Program-made: the position numbers and the translations under genes | Part shown: piece by piece, positions 1 through 9,724 of the stretch | Numbering within the stretch: position 1 is the stretch's first letter | Layout of the letters: each line of letters opens with the position of its first letter | Source of the DNA: Gammaproteobacteria bacterium | GTDB taxonomy: Bacteria > Pseudomonadota > Gammaproteobacteria > Eutrophobiales > Eutrophobiaceae | NCBI GenBank assembly: GCA_965116495.1 | Contig: OZ220696.1 | Location: forward strand, 3,968,001 to 4,032,000 | Reading direction: 5' to 3' | DNA: 64,000 nucleotides | Notes under the pieces: model-generated | What the model saw: the letters and a program-made list of their open reading frames with translations, nothing else | Databases searched by the model: none | What the model was told of the DNA's origin: nothing

Positions 1-2
1 CT

Positions 3-317
3 GAGCATACCCATGCCCCGGTTGTCGCGACCCTGGGTAGCGCCGGCTGCGCCGCGCTGCTGCCGGGCGGAAAGATCAAACGCTTTTCCAACCCGCCATT
101 GACGCATGTTGTCGATACGACCGGCGCAGGGGATACGTTTAACGGCGTGCTTGCGGCAGGTCTGGCTGCGGGTGATGACATAATGGACGCCATAAACACA
201 GCCGTCATTGCGGCTTCATTATCGGTAGGGGCTGCCGGCGCACGGGCAGGCATGCCCGATGAAACGGAAATTTCCGCGGCAAAAGCAGAACTCCCGGCAG
301 CTTTTGTCGTAACATAA
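3..317 (+). CDS. PfkB/ribokinase family sugar kinase, C-terminal part (runs off window start)
   Basis: VVATLGSAG and VDTTGAGDTFNGVLAAGL (PfkB signature 2); the frame is open to the window edge. Confidence 0.85.
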   Translation, partial: EHTHAPVVATLGSAGCAALLPGGKIKRFSNPPLTHVVDTTGAGDTFNGVLAAGLAAGDDIMDAINTAVIAASLSVGAAGARAGMPDETEISAAKAELPAAFVVT

Positions 318-367
318 GTCCGGATCACTGAAAGAGGCAGACAGCACAGGTTTAAAACGAGAATTTC

Positions 368-1387
368 ATGATGGATAAGGCAATGAAAGATGTTTTTCTT
401 GATGAACTCAGGCTGTGTGAGGTTGGTCCGGGGCAAACTGTTGCCGTGTTATCCGAGGGGGACCTGTTACGCGACTACGCCGAATACTCCCTCAGTGCAG
501 CCTCCGAGCTCGGCGCTCACGTCACAGATGCCAATCTGCAGGTCGAACGGGCCATGGACGCGAGTGAGCGAATTGCGAACGTCGGCAAAAACCCCCTCAG
601 CGAGCATCCCGCGCTGCTCCAGCAATGCTGTGAGGCGGACATGGTGATCGACCATATGCTGCTGCTGTTCTCCCATGAGCAGGTTGCCATGCAGGAGGCA
701 GGCGCGCGCGTGCTGATGGTAGTTGAACCGCCGGAAATCCTGCAGCGGCTGTTTCCGACACCGGCATTGCGCAAGCGGGTGGAAGCGGGCGAACGCCGGC
801 TCAGTGGAGCCAGGCGCCTGCGTTTTACCAATGCGGCGGGCACCGATGTGACTTATAATCTCGACGGCAAACCGATACTGACCGAATACGGTTATACCTG
901 CTCTCCCGGGCGCTGGGATCACTGGCCGGGGGGATTTCTTGCCACCGTAGCTGCTGATAAAGGCGTCAATGGCCGGGTGGTAATGGATTCGGACGACATC
1001 ATCTATCCACTCAAACGCTTCGTCACCTCACCGATCGAATTTGTGATCAGGGATGGCGCGGTCATCGAGATAAACGGCGGCCCGGATGCGGATCTGCTGA
1101 AGCATTTTATTGACGACTACCAGGATCCACGCGCCTATGCCATCTCGCATATCGGCTGGGGTCTCAACGCCGCCTGCAAGTGGGACGTTGATCTCCCGGG
1201 GATTGGTATGGACGGGCGCGCCTGTTATGGCAACGTGTTGTTTTCCATGGGGCCGGACACGGAGTTCGGGGGTGACAACGATACACCCTGCCACCTCGAT
1301 CTGCCCATGCAGAATTGTACCCTTCTGCTTGACGACGAGCTGATCGTGGACGAGGGCAAGGTCGTGCCCGCGGACATGCGCGTGTAG
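368..1387 (+). CDS. 2,5-dihydroxypyridine 5,6-dioxygenase (NicX)-like / M29 peptidase-like fold protein
   Basis: 339 aa; PGRWDHWP, ISHIGWG and PCHLD motifs match the NicX His/His/Asp iron-ligand pattern. Confidence 0.7.
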   Translation: MMDKAMKDVFLDELRLCEVGPGQTVAVLSEGDLLRDYAEYSLSAASELGAHVTDANLQVERAMDASERIANVGKNPLSEHPALLQQCCEADMVIDHMLLLFSHEQVAMQEAGARVLMVVEPPEILQRLFPTPALRKRVEAGERRLSGARRLRFTNAAGTDVTYNLDGKPILTEYGYTCSPGRWDHWPGGFLATVAADKGVNGRVVMDSDDIIYPLKRFVTSPIEFVIRDGAVIEINGGPDADLLKHFIDDYQDPRAYAISHIGWGLNAACKWDVDLPGIGMDGRACYGNVLFSMGPDTEFGGDNDTPCHLDLPMQNCTLLLDDELIVDEGKVVPADMRV

Positions 1388-1528
1388 TGCGGCGTGTGAA
1401 TCTTTTCTCATACTGTAATAGACAATTATGACCGTCAACCAGACCTGTTCCCGGCAGATCTGAACAATTTCCTGATCGTTTCCGGAATCGGCAACCGCAC
1501 TGGGCCTCACCATTTATATTTAAAAGAC

Positions 1529-3328
1529 ATGTCCCAAACAATCAACCGCAGGGATCTTGATTTCCTGATATACGAAATGCTCGACGTGGAGAGCTTATGC
1601 GAGCGCGCGTATTTTGCCGGACAAGGGCGTGATGTTTTCGACCCCATGCTTGATCTTGCCGAGGACGTTGCCCGGGAACACTTTCAGGCCTGTGCCGAAG
1701 CCGGTGACAAGCATCCTGCCGAGGTAGTAGACGGCAAGGTCAGGATGATACCCGGGGCCGGGAAAGCGGCGGGCATCATGTTCGAAGCCGGCTTTGTCGC
1801 AGCCGGCATGGATGCAGAACACGGCGGCTTGCAGTTACCGTTCACGGTCGCCAGTGCCTGCATGGCTATTTTTCAGTCGGCTAACATAGGCCTGTCCGGC
1901 CTGCCGTTACTCACGGCCGGTGTCGCCAACCTGCTGATAGAATACGGGAACGACGCACAAAAGGCCTTGTATATTCCGCCGCTGCTGGACGGCCGCTTTT
2001 ACGGCACCATGTGCCTGTCGGAACCCCATGCGGGGTCATCCCTGACGGATATCCGTACCAGGGCCGAGTTGCTGGAAGACGGGACCTATGCGATTACCGG
2101 CAACAAGATGTGGATTACCGGCGGCGAACATGAACTGGGCGAGAACATCATCCACCTGGTACTAGCCAAGATCCCGGGCGGGCCGCCGGGCGTGAAGGGC
2201 ATCTCCCTGTTTATCGTGCCGCGCCACCGGGTTAATGCAGACGGCAGTGTGGCTGAACATAACGACGTTACCCTGGCCGGCTTGAACCACAAGATGGGGC
2301 AACGCATCACCCCGAATTGCGCGCTTAATTTCGGCGAGAACGGGCGCTGTGCCGGTTACCTGGTGGGCGAACCCCATCGTGGGCTGGAGTACATGTTCAT
2401 GATGATGAACGAAGCCCGCATCGGGGTAGGACTCTCTGCGGTGGGCGCAGGCTATGCAGGCTACCTGTATTCGCTGGAATATGCCCGGGAGCGCGCCCAG
2501 GGGCGCATACCGGACAATAAAGACCCTGCAAACAAGATGGTGCCGATCATCCGGCATACCGACGTGAAACGGATGCTGCTGGCGCAGAAGGCCTATGTTG
2601 AGGGCGGACTGGCCCTGTGCCTGTTAGCCGCAAGGCTGGTGGATGAGATGAAAACCCATCCGGACCGGTCGGCCCGGCAGGAAGCCGGTTTATTACTGGA
2701 TGTATTGACACCCGTTGTCAAGGCGTGGCCGTCCGACTGGTGCCTGGAGGCAAACAAGCATGCCATACAGATCCTGGGTGGTTACGGTTATACCCAGGAT
2801 TTTCCGGTGGAACGCCTGTACCGGGACAACCGCCTGAACATGATCCATGAAGGGACCAACGGCATCCACGGTATTGACCTCCTGGGCCGCAAGGTCATGA
2901 TGAAGAACGGCGCGGGATTCAGGTTGCTGGTGCGCGAGATACAAAAAGATGCCGACGGCACGGCGGCGCACCCGGCATTGTCCGAATTCGCCACAGCCCT
3001 GACTCGCGCCGTGGCAACTGTGACGGAGACGACGGAAGTCCTGGCCGCAACCGCGGCCAGGGGGGAGTTGAACCGGTTTCTGGCCAATTCATCTACATAC
3101 CTGGACATGCTCGGCCACGTTGTTATTGCCTGGATGTGGCTGAAACAGGCCGTGGCCGCCCAGGCGGGACTTGCGGATGCAAATGATGCCGACAGGCAGT
3201 TCTACCAGGGCAAGATGCAGGCCTGCCGTTATTTCTTCCGCTGGGAACTACCGAAAACGCAGGCGCAGTCCGAATTATTGTCCGGGTTGGATACGACCTG
3301 CCTGGATATGCCGGAAGAGGCGTTTTGA
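1529..3328 (+). CDS. acyl-CoA dehydrogenase, long form with C-terminal domain
   Basis: GTMCLSEPHAGSSL, GNKMWITGG, AIQILGGYGY, IHEGTNGI motifs; 599 aa. Confidence 0.92.
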   Translation: MSQTINRRDLDFLIYEMLDVESLCERAYFAGQGRDVFDPMLDLAEDVAREHFQACAEAGDKHPAEVVDGKVRMIPGAGKAAGIMFEAGFVAAGMDAEHGGLQLPFTVASACMAIFQSANIGLSGLPLLTAGVANLLIEYGNDAQKALYIPPLLDGRFYGTMCLSEPHAGSSLTDIRTRAELLEDGTYAITGNKMWITGGEHELGENIIHLVLAKIPGGPPGVKGISLFIVPRHRVNADGSVAEHNDVTLAGLNHKMGQRITPNCALNFGENGRCAGYLVGEPHRGLEYMFMMMNEARIGVGLSAVGAGYAGYLYSLEYARERAQGRIPDNKDPANKMVPIIRHTDVKRMLLAQKAYVEGGLALCLLAARLVDEMKTHPDRSARQEAGLLLDVLTPVVKAWPSDWCLEANKHAIQILGGYGYTQDFPVERLYRDNRLNMIHEGTNGIHGIDLLGRKVMMKNGAGFRLLVREIQKDADGTAAHPALSEFATALTRAVATVTETTEVLAATAARGELNRFLANSSTYLDMLGHVVIAWMWLKQAVAAQAGLADANDADRQFYQGKMQACRYFFRWELPKTQAQSELLSGLDTTCLDMPEEAF

Positions 3329-3336
3329 ATATATGA

Positions 3337-3431
3337 TATATAGGGTCAGAGTAAAATTACTGATTTTCGGTGTTTGAAATTCAGGGGTCAGAGTAAGAAA
3401 TCCTAAGAATTTTTACTCTGACCCCATATAT
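3337..3431. repeat. GGGGTCAGAGTAA-family palindromic REP-like element (copy 1, with extra outer arm)
   Basis: ggggtcagagtaagaaatcc..gaatttttactctgacccc at 3384-3425, plus a third arm atatatagggtcagagtaaaa at about 3336-3356. Confidence 0.85.
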
Positions 3432-3448
3432 TTATCGAGGAGATTCCG

Positions 3449-4663
3449 GTGGATTTTACCTATTCAGAAAAAGTACAGGCGTTGCAAGAACGGCTCAACG
3501 AATTTATGCAGACTCACGTCTATCCTGTGGAGGAGGCCTACCGGGACGCACTGGCAGGCGCCGGGAATCCCTGGACTACCCCGCCCATCCTGAAGGACTT
3601 GAAGCAAAAGGCGCGGGCGCAGGGGCTCTGGAACCTGTTCTATCCGAAGGCGCACTCTGGTGGAGATGCGCTGACCAACCTGGAATATGCCCCGCTGGCC
3701 GAGATCATGGGCCGGGTCACCTGGGCGGCTGAAGTGTTCAACTGCAACGCGCCGGACACCGGCAACATGGAAACCCTGATCCTGTACGGGACGGAGGAGC
3801 AGAAAGAACGCTGGCTGGAACCCCTGCTGGCCGGTGAGATACGCTCCGGTTTTGCCATGACCGAACCGGACATTGCCTCATCTGATGCCACCAATATCTC
3901 CTGTTCCATAACAAGAGAGGGCAACGGCTACGTCATAAACGGGCGCAAGTGGTTTACCACCGGTGGTATGCGCGACAACTGCGAGATCCTGATCGTCATG
4001 GGCAAGACCGACCCCGGCAACCCGGATCGCCACAAGCAGCAGTCGATGATCCTGGTGCCCAGGGATACACCGGGTGTGGAAATAGTCCGTCACGTGCACA
4101 GCTTCGGTTACAACGATGCGCCGTTCGGCGAGGCGGAAATCCGCTTCGACAACGTCAGGGTGCCGCTGGACAACATCCTGCTGGGAGAAGGGCGCGGTTT
4201 CGAAATCGCCCAGGGACGCCTCGGGCCGGGCCGCATCCACCATTGCATGCGCCTGGTCGGCTGCGCCCAGCGCGCCCTGGAACTGGCCTGCCGGCGGGTG
4301 GAAGCGCGCGCCACCTTCGGCAGGAAGATCAGCCAGCACCAGTCGGTGCGGGAAGATATCGCCAGGGCCTACTGTAAAATTGAGCAGGCGCGCCTGTTGA
4401 CCCTGCTGGCCGCGGACAGGATGGACAAACACGGTAACAAGGTCGCCCGCGACCTTATTGCGGCCATCAAGATCACCGCGCCGGTAATCGCCTGCGAGGT
4501 GATTGACGATGCGATACAGATGCACGGCGCCGCCGGTCTGACCGAGGACTTTTTCCTGGCGGAGGCCTATAACTATGCCAGGCAGATCCGCCTTGCCGAC
4601 GGTCCCGACCAGGTCCACATGATGTCCCTGGGCAAACAGATCATCCAGCGTTATTCAGCGTGA
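3449..4663 (+). CDS. acyl-CoA dehydrogenase (ACAD10/11-like)
   Basis: FNCNAPDTGNME, FAMTEPDIASSDATN, AQGRLGPGRIHHCMR, RLADGPDQVH. Confidence 0.93.
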   Translation: MDFTYSEKVQALQERLNEFMQTHVYPVEEAYRDALAGAGNPWTTPPILKDLKQKARAQGLWNLFYPKAHSGGDALTNLEYAPLAEIMGRVTWAAEVFNCNAPDTGNMETLILYGTEEQKERWLEPLLAGEIRSGFAMTEPDIASSDATNISCSITREGNGYVINGRKWFTTGGMRDNCEILIVMGKTDPGNPDRHKQQSMILVPRDTPGVEIVRHVHSFGYNDAPFGEAEIRFDNVRVPLDNILLGEGRGFEIAQGRLGPGRIHHCMRLVGCAQRALELACRRVEARATFGRKISQHQSVREDIARAYCKIEQARLLTLLAADRMDKHGNKVARDLIAAIKITAPVIACEVIDDAIQMHGAAGLTEDFFLAEAYNYARQIRLADGPDQVHMMSLGKQIIQRYSA

Positions 4664-4705
4664 AGATAACACGCCGCCTGGCCTTGACCTTGACCTTGTT
4701 ATTTG

Positions 4706-4756
4706 AGCCACAGGACGCACAGGGCAAACTGTGTGATCTCTGTGACGTCTGTGGCT
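4706..4756. repeat. AGCCACAG...CTGTGGCT short palindromic element
   Basis: agccacaggacgcacag ... ctgtgtgatctctgtgacgtctgtggct, with internally repeated CACAG/CTGTG units. Confidence 0.55.
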
Positions 4757-4777
4757 GAAATGACGGTCAGATAGATT

Positions 4778-5788
4778 ATGGAAACTTCCCACCTGGCAAA
4801 ACTGAACTTCTATCTTGAGGATCACGTGGACGGTTTCCGCGGGCTGGTCAAGGCGGAGAAGTTCCCGGGCGGGCAGTCGAACCCCACCTGGCTGCTCAGC
4901 GCCGGCAGCGGCCGCTATGTATTGCGCAGCAAACCTCCCGGGCAGTTGCTTAAATCGGCCCACGCAGTCGATCGCGAGTTCAGGGTGATCAAGGCACTGG
5001 CAGGGACCGGCGTACCGGTCGCCCGGGCCCTGCACCTGTGCGAGGATGAAGATGTCACCGGCGCCATGTTCTACGTGATGAGCTACGAGGAAGGGCGGGT
5101 TTTCTGGGACCCGGCGCTGCCGGATATCGGCCGGGAACAACGCGCCGGCTACCACCGTGAGCTGATGCGCGTCCTGGCAGCCATTCACGAAATAGATGTC
5201 GATGCTGTCGGACTGGCCGGCTACGGCCGTGCGGGCAATTACTACGAGCGCCAGATCAGCCGCTGGACAAAACAATATAAAGCGTCTGAAACCGGCAGGA
5301 TTGAGGCTATGGACACGCTGATGGACTGGTTACCTGCCAACCTGCCCGAAGATGACGGGAGGAGCGGCCTGATCCACGGCGATTTCCGCATCGATAATGT
5401 CATTTTTCATCCTGGTGAGGCCCGCGCCCTGGCCGTTATCGACTGGGAACTGTCCACCCTGGGGCATCCGTTATCGGACCTGGCTTACTATTGCATGTGT
5501 CTGCGGCTCCCCCCGCAGGGCGATGTGAGGGGTCTGGCCGGAAAAGACCGCGCGGCTTTGGGAGTCCCTGACGAGCAGGCGATTATCGAGCAGTACGGCG
5601 AATTCCGCCGCCTGCCGGCAATCGAGAACTGGCATTTCTACCTGGCGTTCAGCTATTTTCGTATGGCCGCTATCTGCCAGGGCGTGTATAAACGCGGTCT
5701 GGACGGCAACGCGTCCAGCGACAGGGCCCTGGAGATGGGCAGAATAGTAGAACCAATGGCTGCCGACGCAGTAGAACTTATTGCGTAA
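4778..5788 (+). CDS. APH/phosphotransferase family protein (ACAD10 N-terminal kinase-like)
   Basis: GGQSNPT, SAHAVDREF, HGDFRIDN, DWELSTLGHP. Confidence 0.92.
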   Translation: METSHLAKLNFYLEDHVDGFRGLVKAEKFPGGQSNPTWLLSAGSGRYVLRSKPPGQLLKSAHAVDREFRVIKALAGTGVPVARALHLCEDEDVTGAMFYVMSYEEGRVFWDPALPDIGREQRAGYHRELMRVLAAIHEIDVDAVGLAGYGRAGNYYERQISRWTKQYKASETGRIEAMDTLMDWLPANLPEDDGRSGLIHGDFRIDNVIFHPGEARALAVIDWELSTLGHPLSDLAYYCMCLRLPPQGDVRGLAGKDRAALGVPDEQAIIEQYGEFRRLPAIENWHFYLAFSYFRMAAICQGVYKRGLDGNASSDRALEMGRIVEPMAADAVELIA

Positions 5789-5820
5789 AGACTGGCATTA
5801 CAATAACACAAATAAACTGG

Positions 5821-5837
5821 TAGACTAGACTGGTCTA
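5821..5837. promoter_or_regulatory. probable autoregulatory operator of the Phd/VapC TA operon
   Basis: near-perfect palindrome TAGACTAG-A-CTGGTCTA about 18 bp upstream of the antitoxin start. Confidence 0.5.
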
Positions 5838-5854
5838 AAATCAATGGTGAGATC

Positions 5855-6103
5855 ATGGCTATGGAAACTATCGGTGCTTTTGAAGCGAAGACACACCTGC
5901 CGCGGTTGTTGGAACGCGTGGCTCGCGGTGAGTCTTTAACCATTACAAAACATGGCAAACCGGTTGCGCATCTGGTCCCTGTAGATAGCAACCGCAAGCG
6001 GGCAAGGGAAGCAGCCGCGCGTATTATCGAACGCCGCCAGCACATTGCGCGAGTGTCATTGAAACAACTGCTGTCTACCGTTCATGAAGGACACCGTTAT
6101 TAA
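5855..6103 (+). CDS. Phd/YefM family antitoxin
   Basis: IGAFEAKTHLPRLLERVARGESLTITKHGKPVAHL is a typical Phd N-terminus. Confidence 0.92.
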   Translation: MAMETIGAFEAKTHLPRLLERVARGESLTITKHGKPVAHLVPVDSNRKRAREAAARIIERRQHIARVSLKQLLSTVHEGHRY

Positions 6104-6513
6104 TGCCCATCGTCATTGATAATTCTGTCTACCTGGCCTGGTGTATGAGTGATGAGGATGCCCCCTTGGCAGATAAGGCCATGTCACGCGTCATCGAAGA
6201 AGGCGGAGTTGTGCCGGGAATATGGTGGTATGAACTACGCAATGCCCTACTGATGAACGAACGCCGCGGGCGCATCTCCCGGCAACAGGTAGCAGATACG
6301 CTGGTCGATAGCCAGTCTCTCGGTATTTCAGTTGATGGTGGACACGATGAGACGCTGGTACTTGAACTTGCGCGGCAGTTTGAGTTAACCATCTACGATG
6401 CTGCGTATATTGAAGTGGCTCATCGACGTAGTATGCCTCTGGCTACACTTGATGTAAGGTTACGGCAAGCGGCAGAAACAGTCGGAATAGCCATTGTCGG
6501 CGCCCAGGAATGA
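6103..6513 (+). CDS. VapC/PIN-domain toxin
   Basis: IVIDNS, YELRNAL, LTIYDAAYIEVA, LATLD (PIN acidic residues); TAATG coupling to the antitoxin. Confidence 0.9.
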   Translation: MPIVIDNSVYLAWCMSDEDAPLADKAMSRVIEEGGVVPGIWWYELRNALLMNERRGRISRQQVADTLVDSQSLGISVDGGHDETLVLELARQFELTIYDAAYIEVAHRRSMPLATLDVRLRQAAETVGIAIVGAQE

Positions 6514-6675
6514 GTGGTGATTCGCCTTCCTGAAATTTGCCGTTTCAATAAGATCGCCGCGTTAGCAAAATTTGGACCCCCCAGCATTACCCGGGAGATA
6601 AACACAGTTTGACAGTTCCGGGAATCTCAAGGTATCCCCCTGGTGTGAACCGCAAAAATCCGGAGATTATCAACC

Positions 6676-7440
6676 ATGACAACAGACTTGTTTGACCTGA
6701 CCGGCAAGATTGCGCTGGTGACCGGCGCCAGCCGGGGAATCGGAGAGGCGGCCGCCAGGCTGCTGGCGCAGCAGGGCGCCCATGTCATTATTTCCAGCCG
6801 CAAGCAGGAGGGCTGCGAGGTAGTGGCCCGGAGTATCAGGGATGAAGGCCGCCGGGCGACTGCTTATGCCTGCCACATCGGCGACCCGGAGCAAATCGAA
6901 GCAATCTTTGAGTACATCCGGCAGGAGCATGGCCGGTTGGACATTCTGGTCAACAATGCCGCGGCAAACCCCTATTACGGCCATATCACGGATACCGGTA
7001 TGGCCGCGTTTACCAAGACCGTTGAAGTCAACATACGCGGTTACTTCTTCATGTCCGCAAACGCCTGCAAGTTGATGAAGGAAAGCGGCGGGGGCGCCAT
7101 CGTCAACGTGTCATCCGTCGACGGCATCAGGCCGGGAGACAAACGGGGCATCTACTCGATTACCAAAAGCGCCATCATCCAGATGACCAAGGCGTTTGCG
7201 CTGGAGTGCGGCCCGGACAATATCCGGGTCAACGCCCTGCTGCCGGGACTGACCGAAACGAAATTCGCCGGCGCCCTGACCGAAAATGAAGAAGTTCTGA
7301 ATGCCTGGTTGCAGCATATGCCGCTGCGGCGCTATGCCCAACCCGATGAAATGGCCGGCGCCATCCTGTTCCTGGCCTCACCGGCCTCCGGCTTTGCCAC
7401 CGGTAGTATTCTCCCTGTGGACGGGGGTTACCTGATTTGA
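6676..7440 (+). CDS. short-chain dehydrogenase/reductase
   Basis: TGASRGIG, NNAA, YSITK. Confidence 0.93.
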   Translation: MTTDLFDLTGKIALVTGASRGIGEAAARLLAQQGAHVIISSRKQEGCEVVARSIRDEGRRATAYACHIGDPEQIEAIFEYIRQEHGRLDILVNNAAANPYYGHITDTGMAAFTKTVEVNIRGYFFMSANACKLMKESGGGAIVNVSSVDGIRPGDKRGIYSITKSAIIQMTKAFALECGPDNIRVNALLPGLTETKFAGALTENEEVLNAWLQHMPLRRYAQPDEMAGAILFLASPASGFATGSILPVDGGYLI

Positions 7441-7452
7441 TGAGCCTCTGCC

Positions 7453-7923
7453 TTAAACCGGAGCATCCTGAATTTTGGGCGTGCTTGCCCCTACCGGGAT
7501 CTCCAGCAATTCGATGATATTGCCATCCGGGTCCCGCCCGTAGGTGAAAATGGAACCGTCTCCGAATTCCACCGGATTGCCGTTGAATTCCATGCCTGCG
7601 GTCTTGAGGCGGGCATACTCTGCCTGGATGTCATCGACGACGAAACACAGGTGGACGAGACCGTAATCACAGGCGCGGTGGCTTTGGTCGTCAGGGATCG
7701 GAGATGTAAATTCAAAAATTTCAAGAAAGACATTGCCCACTTTGACAAAGGCATAACGCGCGGCGCTGTCTTTCAGGCGGGTCATGCGATCAGCGATTTC
7801 ATTGCCTTTATTCCATGAGTGAACTTCACTGACCTGCTTGCCGCCGAGCGCGCCGCAATAAAACGACAGGCAACGTTCCAGGTCCGGGGTCGACAGGGCA
7901 ACGTGATGTAATCCGCTTATCAT
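7453..7923 (-). CDS. VOC/glyoxalase family protein
   Basis: likely start MISGLHHVALSTPDL at 7923; GLVHLCFVVDDI, RDPDGNIIELLE. Confidence 0.88.
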   Translation of the reverse strand: MISGLHHVALSTPDLERCLSFYCGALGGKQVSEVHSWNKGNEIADRMTRLKDSAARYAFVKVGNVFLEIFEFTSPIPDDQSHRACDYGLVHLCFVVDDIQAEYARLKTAGMEFNGNPVEFGDGSIFTYGRDPDGNIIELLEIPVGASTPKIQDAPV

Positions 7924-7930
7924 GAGCCTG

Positions 7931-8806
7931 TCAGCTTGCGCTTGCGCGCCGCAGGCGCAGGTATTCCTGCAAGGGATCTTCCGTACTTTCAGGATCGAAA
8001 TAGGAAAATGATTCAATAAACATCCAGAACAGGTCGGCATGGGAGGAAATGCCGAGTTTCGAATATATTCTTTTTCTGTGAACCCGTTCCGTTTCCGGGG
8101 CAATGTTCAGTTCCCGCGCGGCTGCCTTGGAAGAATGGCCGCGCAGGATCAGGCCGGTAATCTCCCGCTCCCGCTCCGTCAGCACCTTGCTGCCGAAACG
8201 CATGAACGCTCCCGTCATCTGTTCGGAAATGCAGTTGGCGCTGGAGATTTCCGTCACTTTGCTGACCGACTTCGATCCCTGTGAGTGCTGGCGCGTGAGG
8301 GCGCTTACCAGGGGGGCGAGTTTATGCAACATGGCCAGTTCCACCTTGCTGAACGGCGTGGAAGGGATCTGCCGTTCAATCACCAGCCCTATCGAGAGGG
8401 ACTGGTCGATCCTGGTGAAGAACAACCCGTCATCCTCCACATGCTTCTCCGAATAATAAACCCGGTGGTATTCGGTTTCGGTGAATTCATCCGGCGCAAC
8501 GTCGTTGATGTGGTAGAAATCATCCGCACCCCCTGCCCAGATAACCTTGTTGATGTACGGACTGATAGGGTAGGCGGCCCGTAGCAGGGTCAGGTGCAGC
8601 CTGTCCCGCTCAGGGCCCGGCTGGGCGTCATACATCCGTTCCGGCGGGAGATGATCCACGTAGCGGAATACCGCCGCCTGGTCAAAAGCAACTTCACCTG
8701 CCAGCAGTTCCGTCAGCCTGCTCCAGAGGTATGCGCTCCCGATAGCCTCCACCGCATCGGCCATTTTACCGATCCGGTCTGTGTTTCGTTTCAGTGAACC
8801 AGCCAT
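7931..8806 (-). CDS. LuxR-family HTH transcriptional regulator
   Basis: C-terminal LTEREREITGLILRGHSSKAAARELNIAPETERVHRKRIYSKLGI. Confidence 0.9.
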   Translation of the reverse strand: MAGSLKRNTDRIGKMADAVEAIGSAYLWSRLTELLAGEVAFDQAAVFRYVDHLPPERMYDAQPGPERDRLHLTLLRAAYPISPYINKVIWAGGADDFYHINDVAPDEFTETEYHRVYYSEKHVEDDGLFFTRIDQSLSIGLVIERQIPSTPFSKVELAMLHKLAPLVSALTRQHSQGSKSVSKVTEISSANCISEQMTGAFMRFGSKVLTEREREITGLILRGHSSKAAARELNIAPETERVHRKRIYSKLGISSHADLFWMFIESFSYFDPESTEDPLQEYLRLRRASAS

Positions 8807-8982
8807 AGTGATCAGCAGTTATTCCAGGATACCGGAAGATATTACACCGGTTATACTACCAATGGAACGTTCCAGGTTAACCCAAATGAGGTATTGCCAC
8901 ATTATCCGGGCATTTTACAGTTGGAACGGGAAAAACAACGGTCACATCACGCGGCTCAACGCTATCCGGGACATAAGCCTGT

Positions 8983-9090
8983 ATGCCAGCAACCGACAAA
9001 ATAACGGCCTCGGTCATCCAGCGGCGGCTTTTTTTCATCAATGAGCAAATGGGTGAGGCGATGCTGCGCACCTATCTCGGATGCGGCTGA
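8983..9090 (+). pseudogene. 5' remnant of a hydantoinase B/oxoprolinase gene
   Basis: manual translation MPATDKITASVIQRRLFFINEQMGEAMLRT-YLGCG*; the first 30 aa resemble the HyuB N-terminus (D.IT..VI..RL..I.EEMGEAMLRT). Confidence 0.65.
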
Positions 9091-9724
9091 AACAGCTGGC
9101 GCTATCGGCGCGCGCTTTCTCCGGCTCGATGTTTCCCGGGAACAGGAGGTTGCAGGCTGTTTTCAGGAACTGGCTGCGCAACAGTCGCTGCTGGACATCG
9201 TGGTCAATAATGCGGGTATCGTGCCCGGGGACAATTTCGTGTTGACGGAGGCGGCCCGCGACGACAGCCTGCGCGGCGTATTCGAAGTGAACACCTATGG
9301 CGTATTTTACGGATTGAAACACGCCCCGGCCTGTATGCGTGATTTCGGCTCCATCATCAATACCTCATCCCTGGCCGCCCACCTGGCGCTACCGGGCAAC
9401 AGCCAGTACTCCGCCAGCAAGGCCGCCGTCGCGCAGTTCACCCGGACTTCCGCGGTGGAACTGGGACCGCGCGGCATCCGCGTCAACGCGGTCTGCCCTT
9501 CGTTCATACGCACCGATATGGGAGGCGGGGAACTGGGAGAAAACATGTCGGCGGAACTCACTGCCCTGGGAAGGATTGGCGAAGTGGAGGACCTGGTGGG
9601 TTTGTATCATTTTCTGGCTGCCGATGAGAGCCGCTTTATCAGCGGCCAGGTCTTCAACGTGGATGGTGGCTGGACGGCCGGTGTCAGCATGGGTTTGATG
9701 AGCAGGTACCAGGAATTTGAATAA
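9074..9724 (+). pseudogene. SDR lacking its N-terminal Rossmann TGxxxGIG segment (5'-truncated)
   Basis: has LDV, NNAG, YSASK, NAVCP and VDGG but no glycine-rich cofactor loop; SDR-like sequence begins at ISDAAE. Confidence 0.7.

Noticed and set aside
7924-8103. N-terminal extensions in the ORF track (also 10753, 30979, 32597, 34358)
   Set aside because: They overlap upstream genes; downstream starts fit the domain boundaries better
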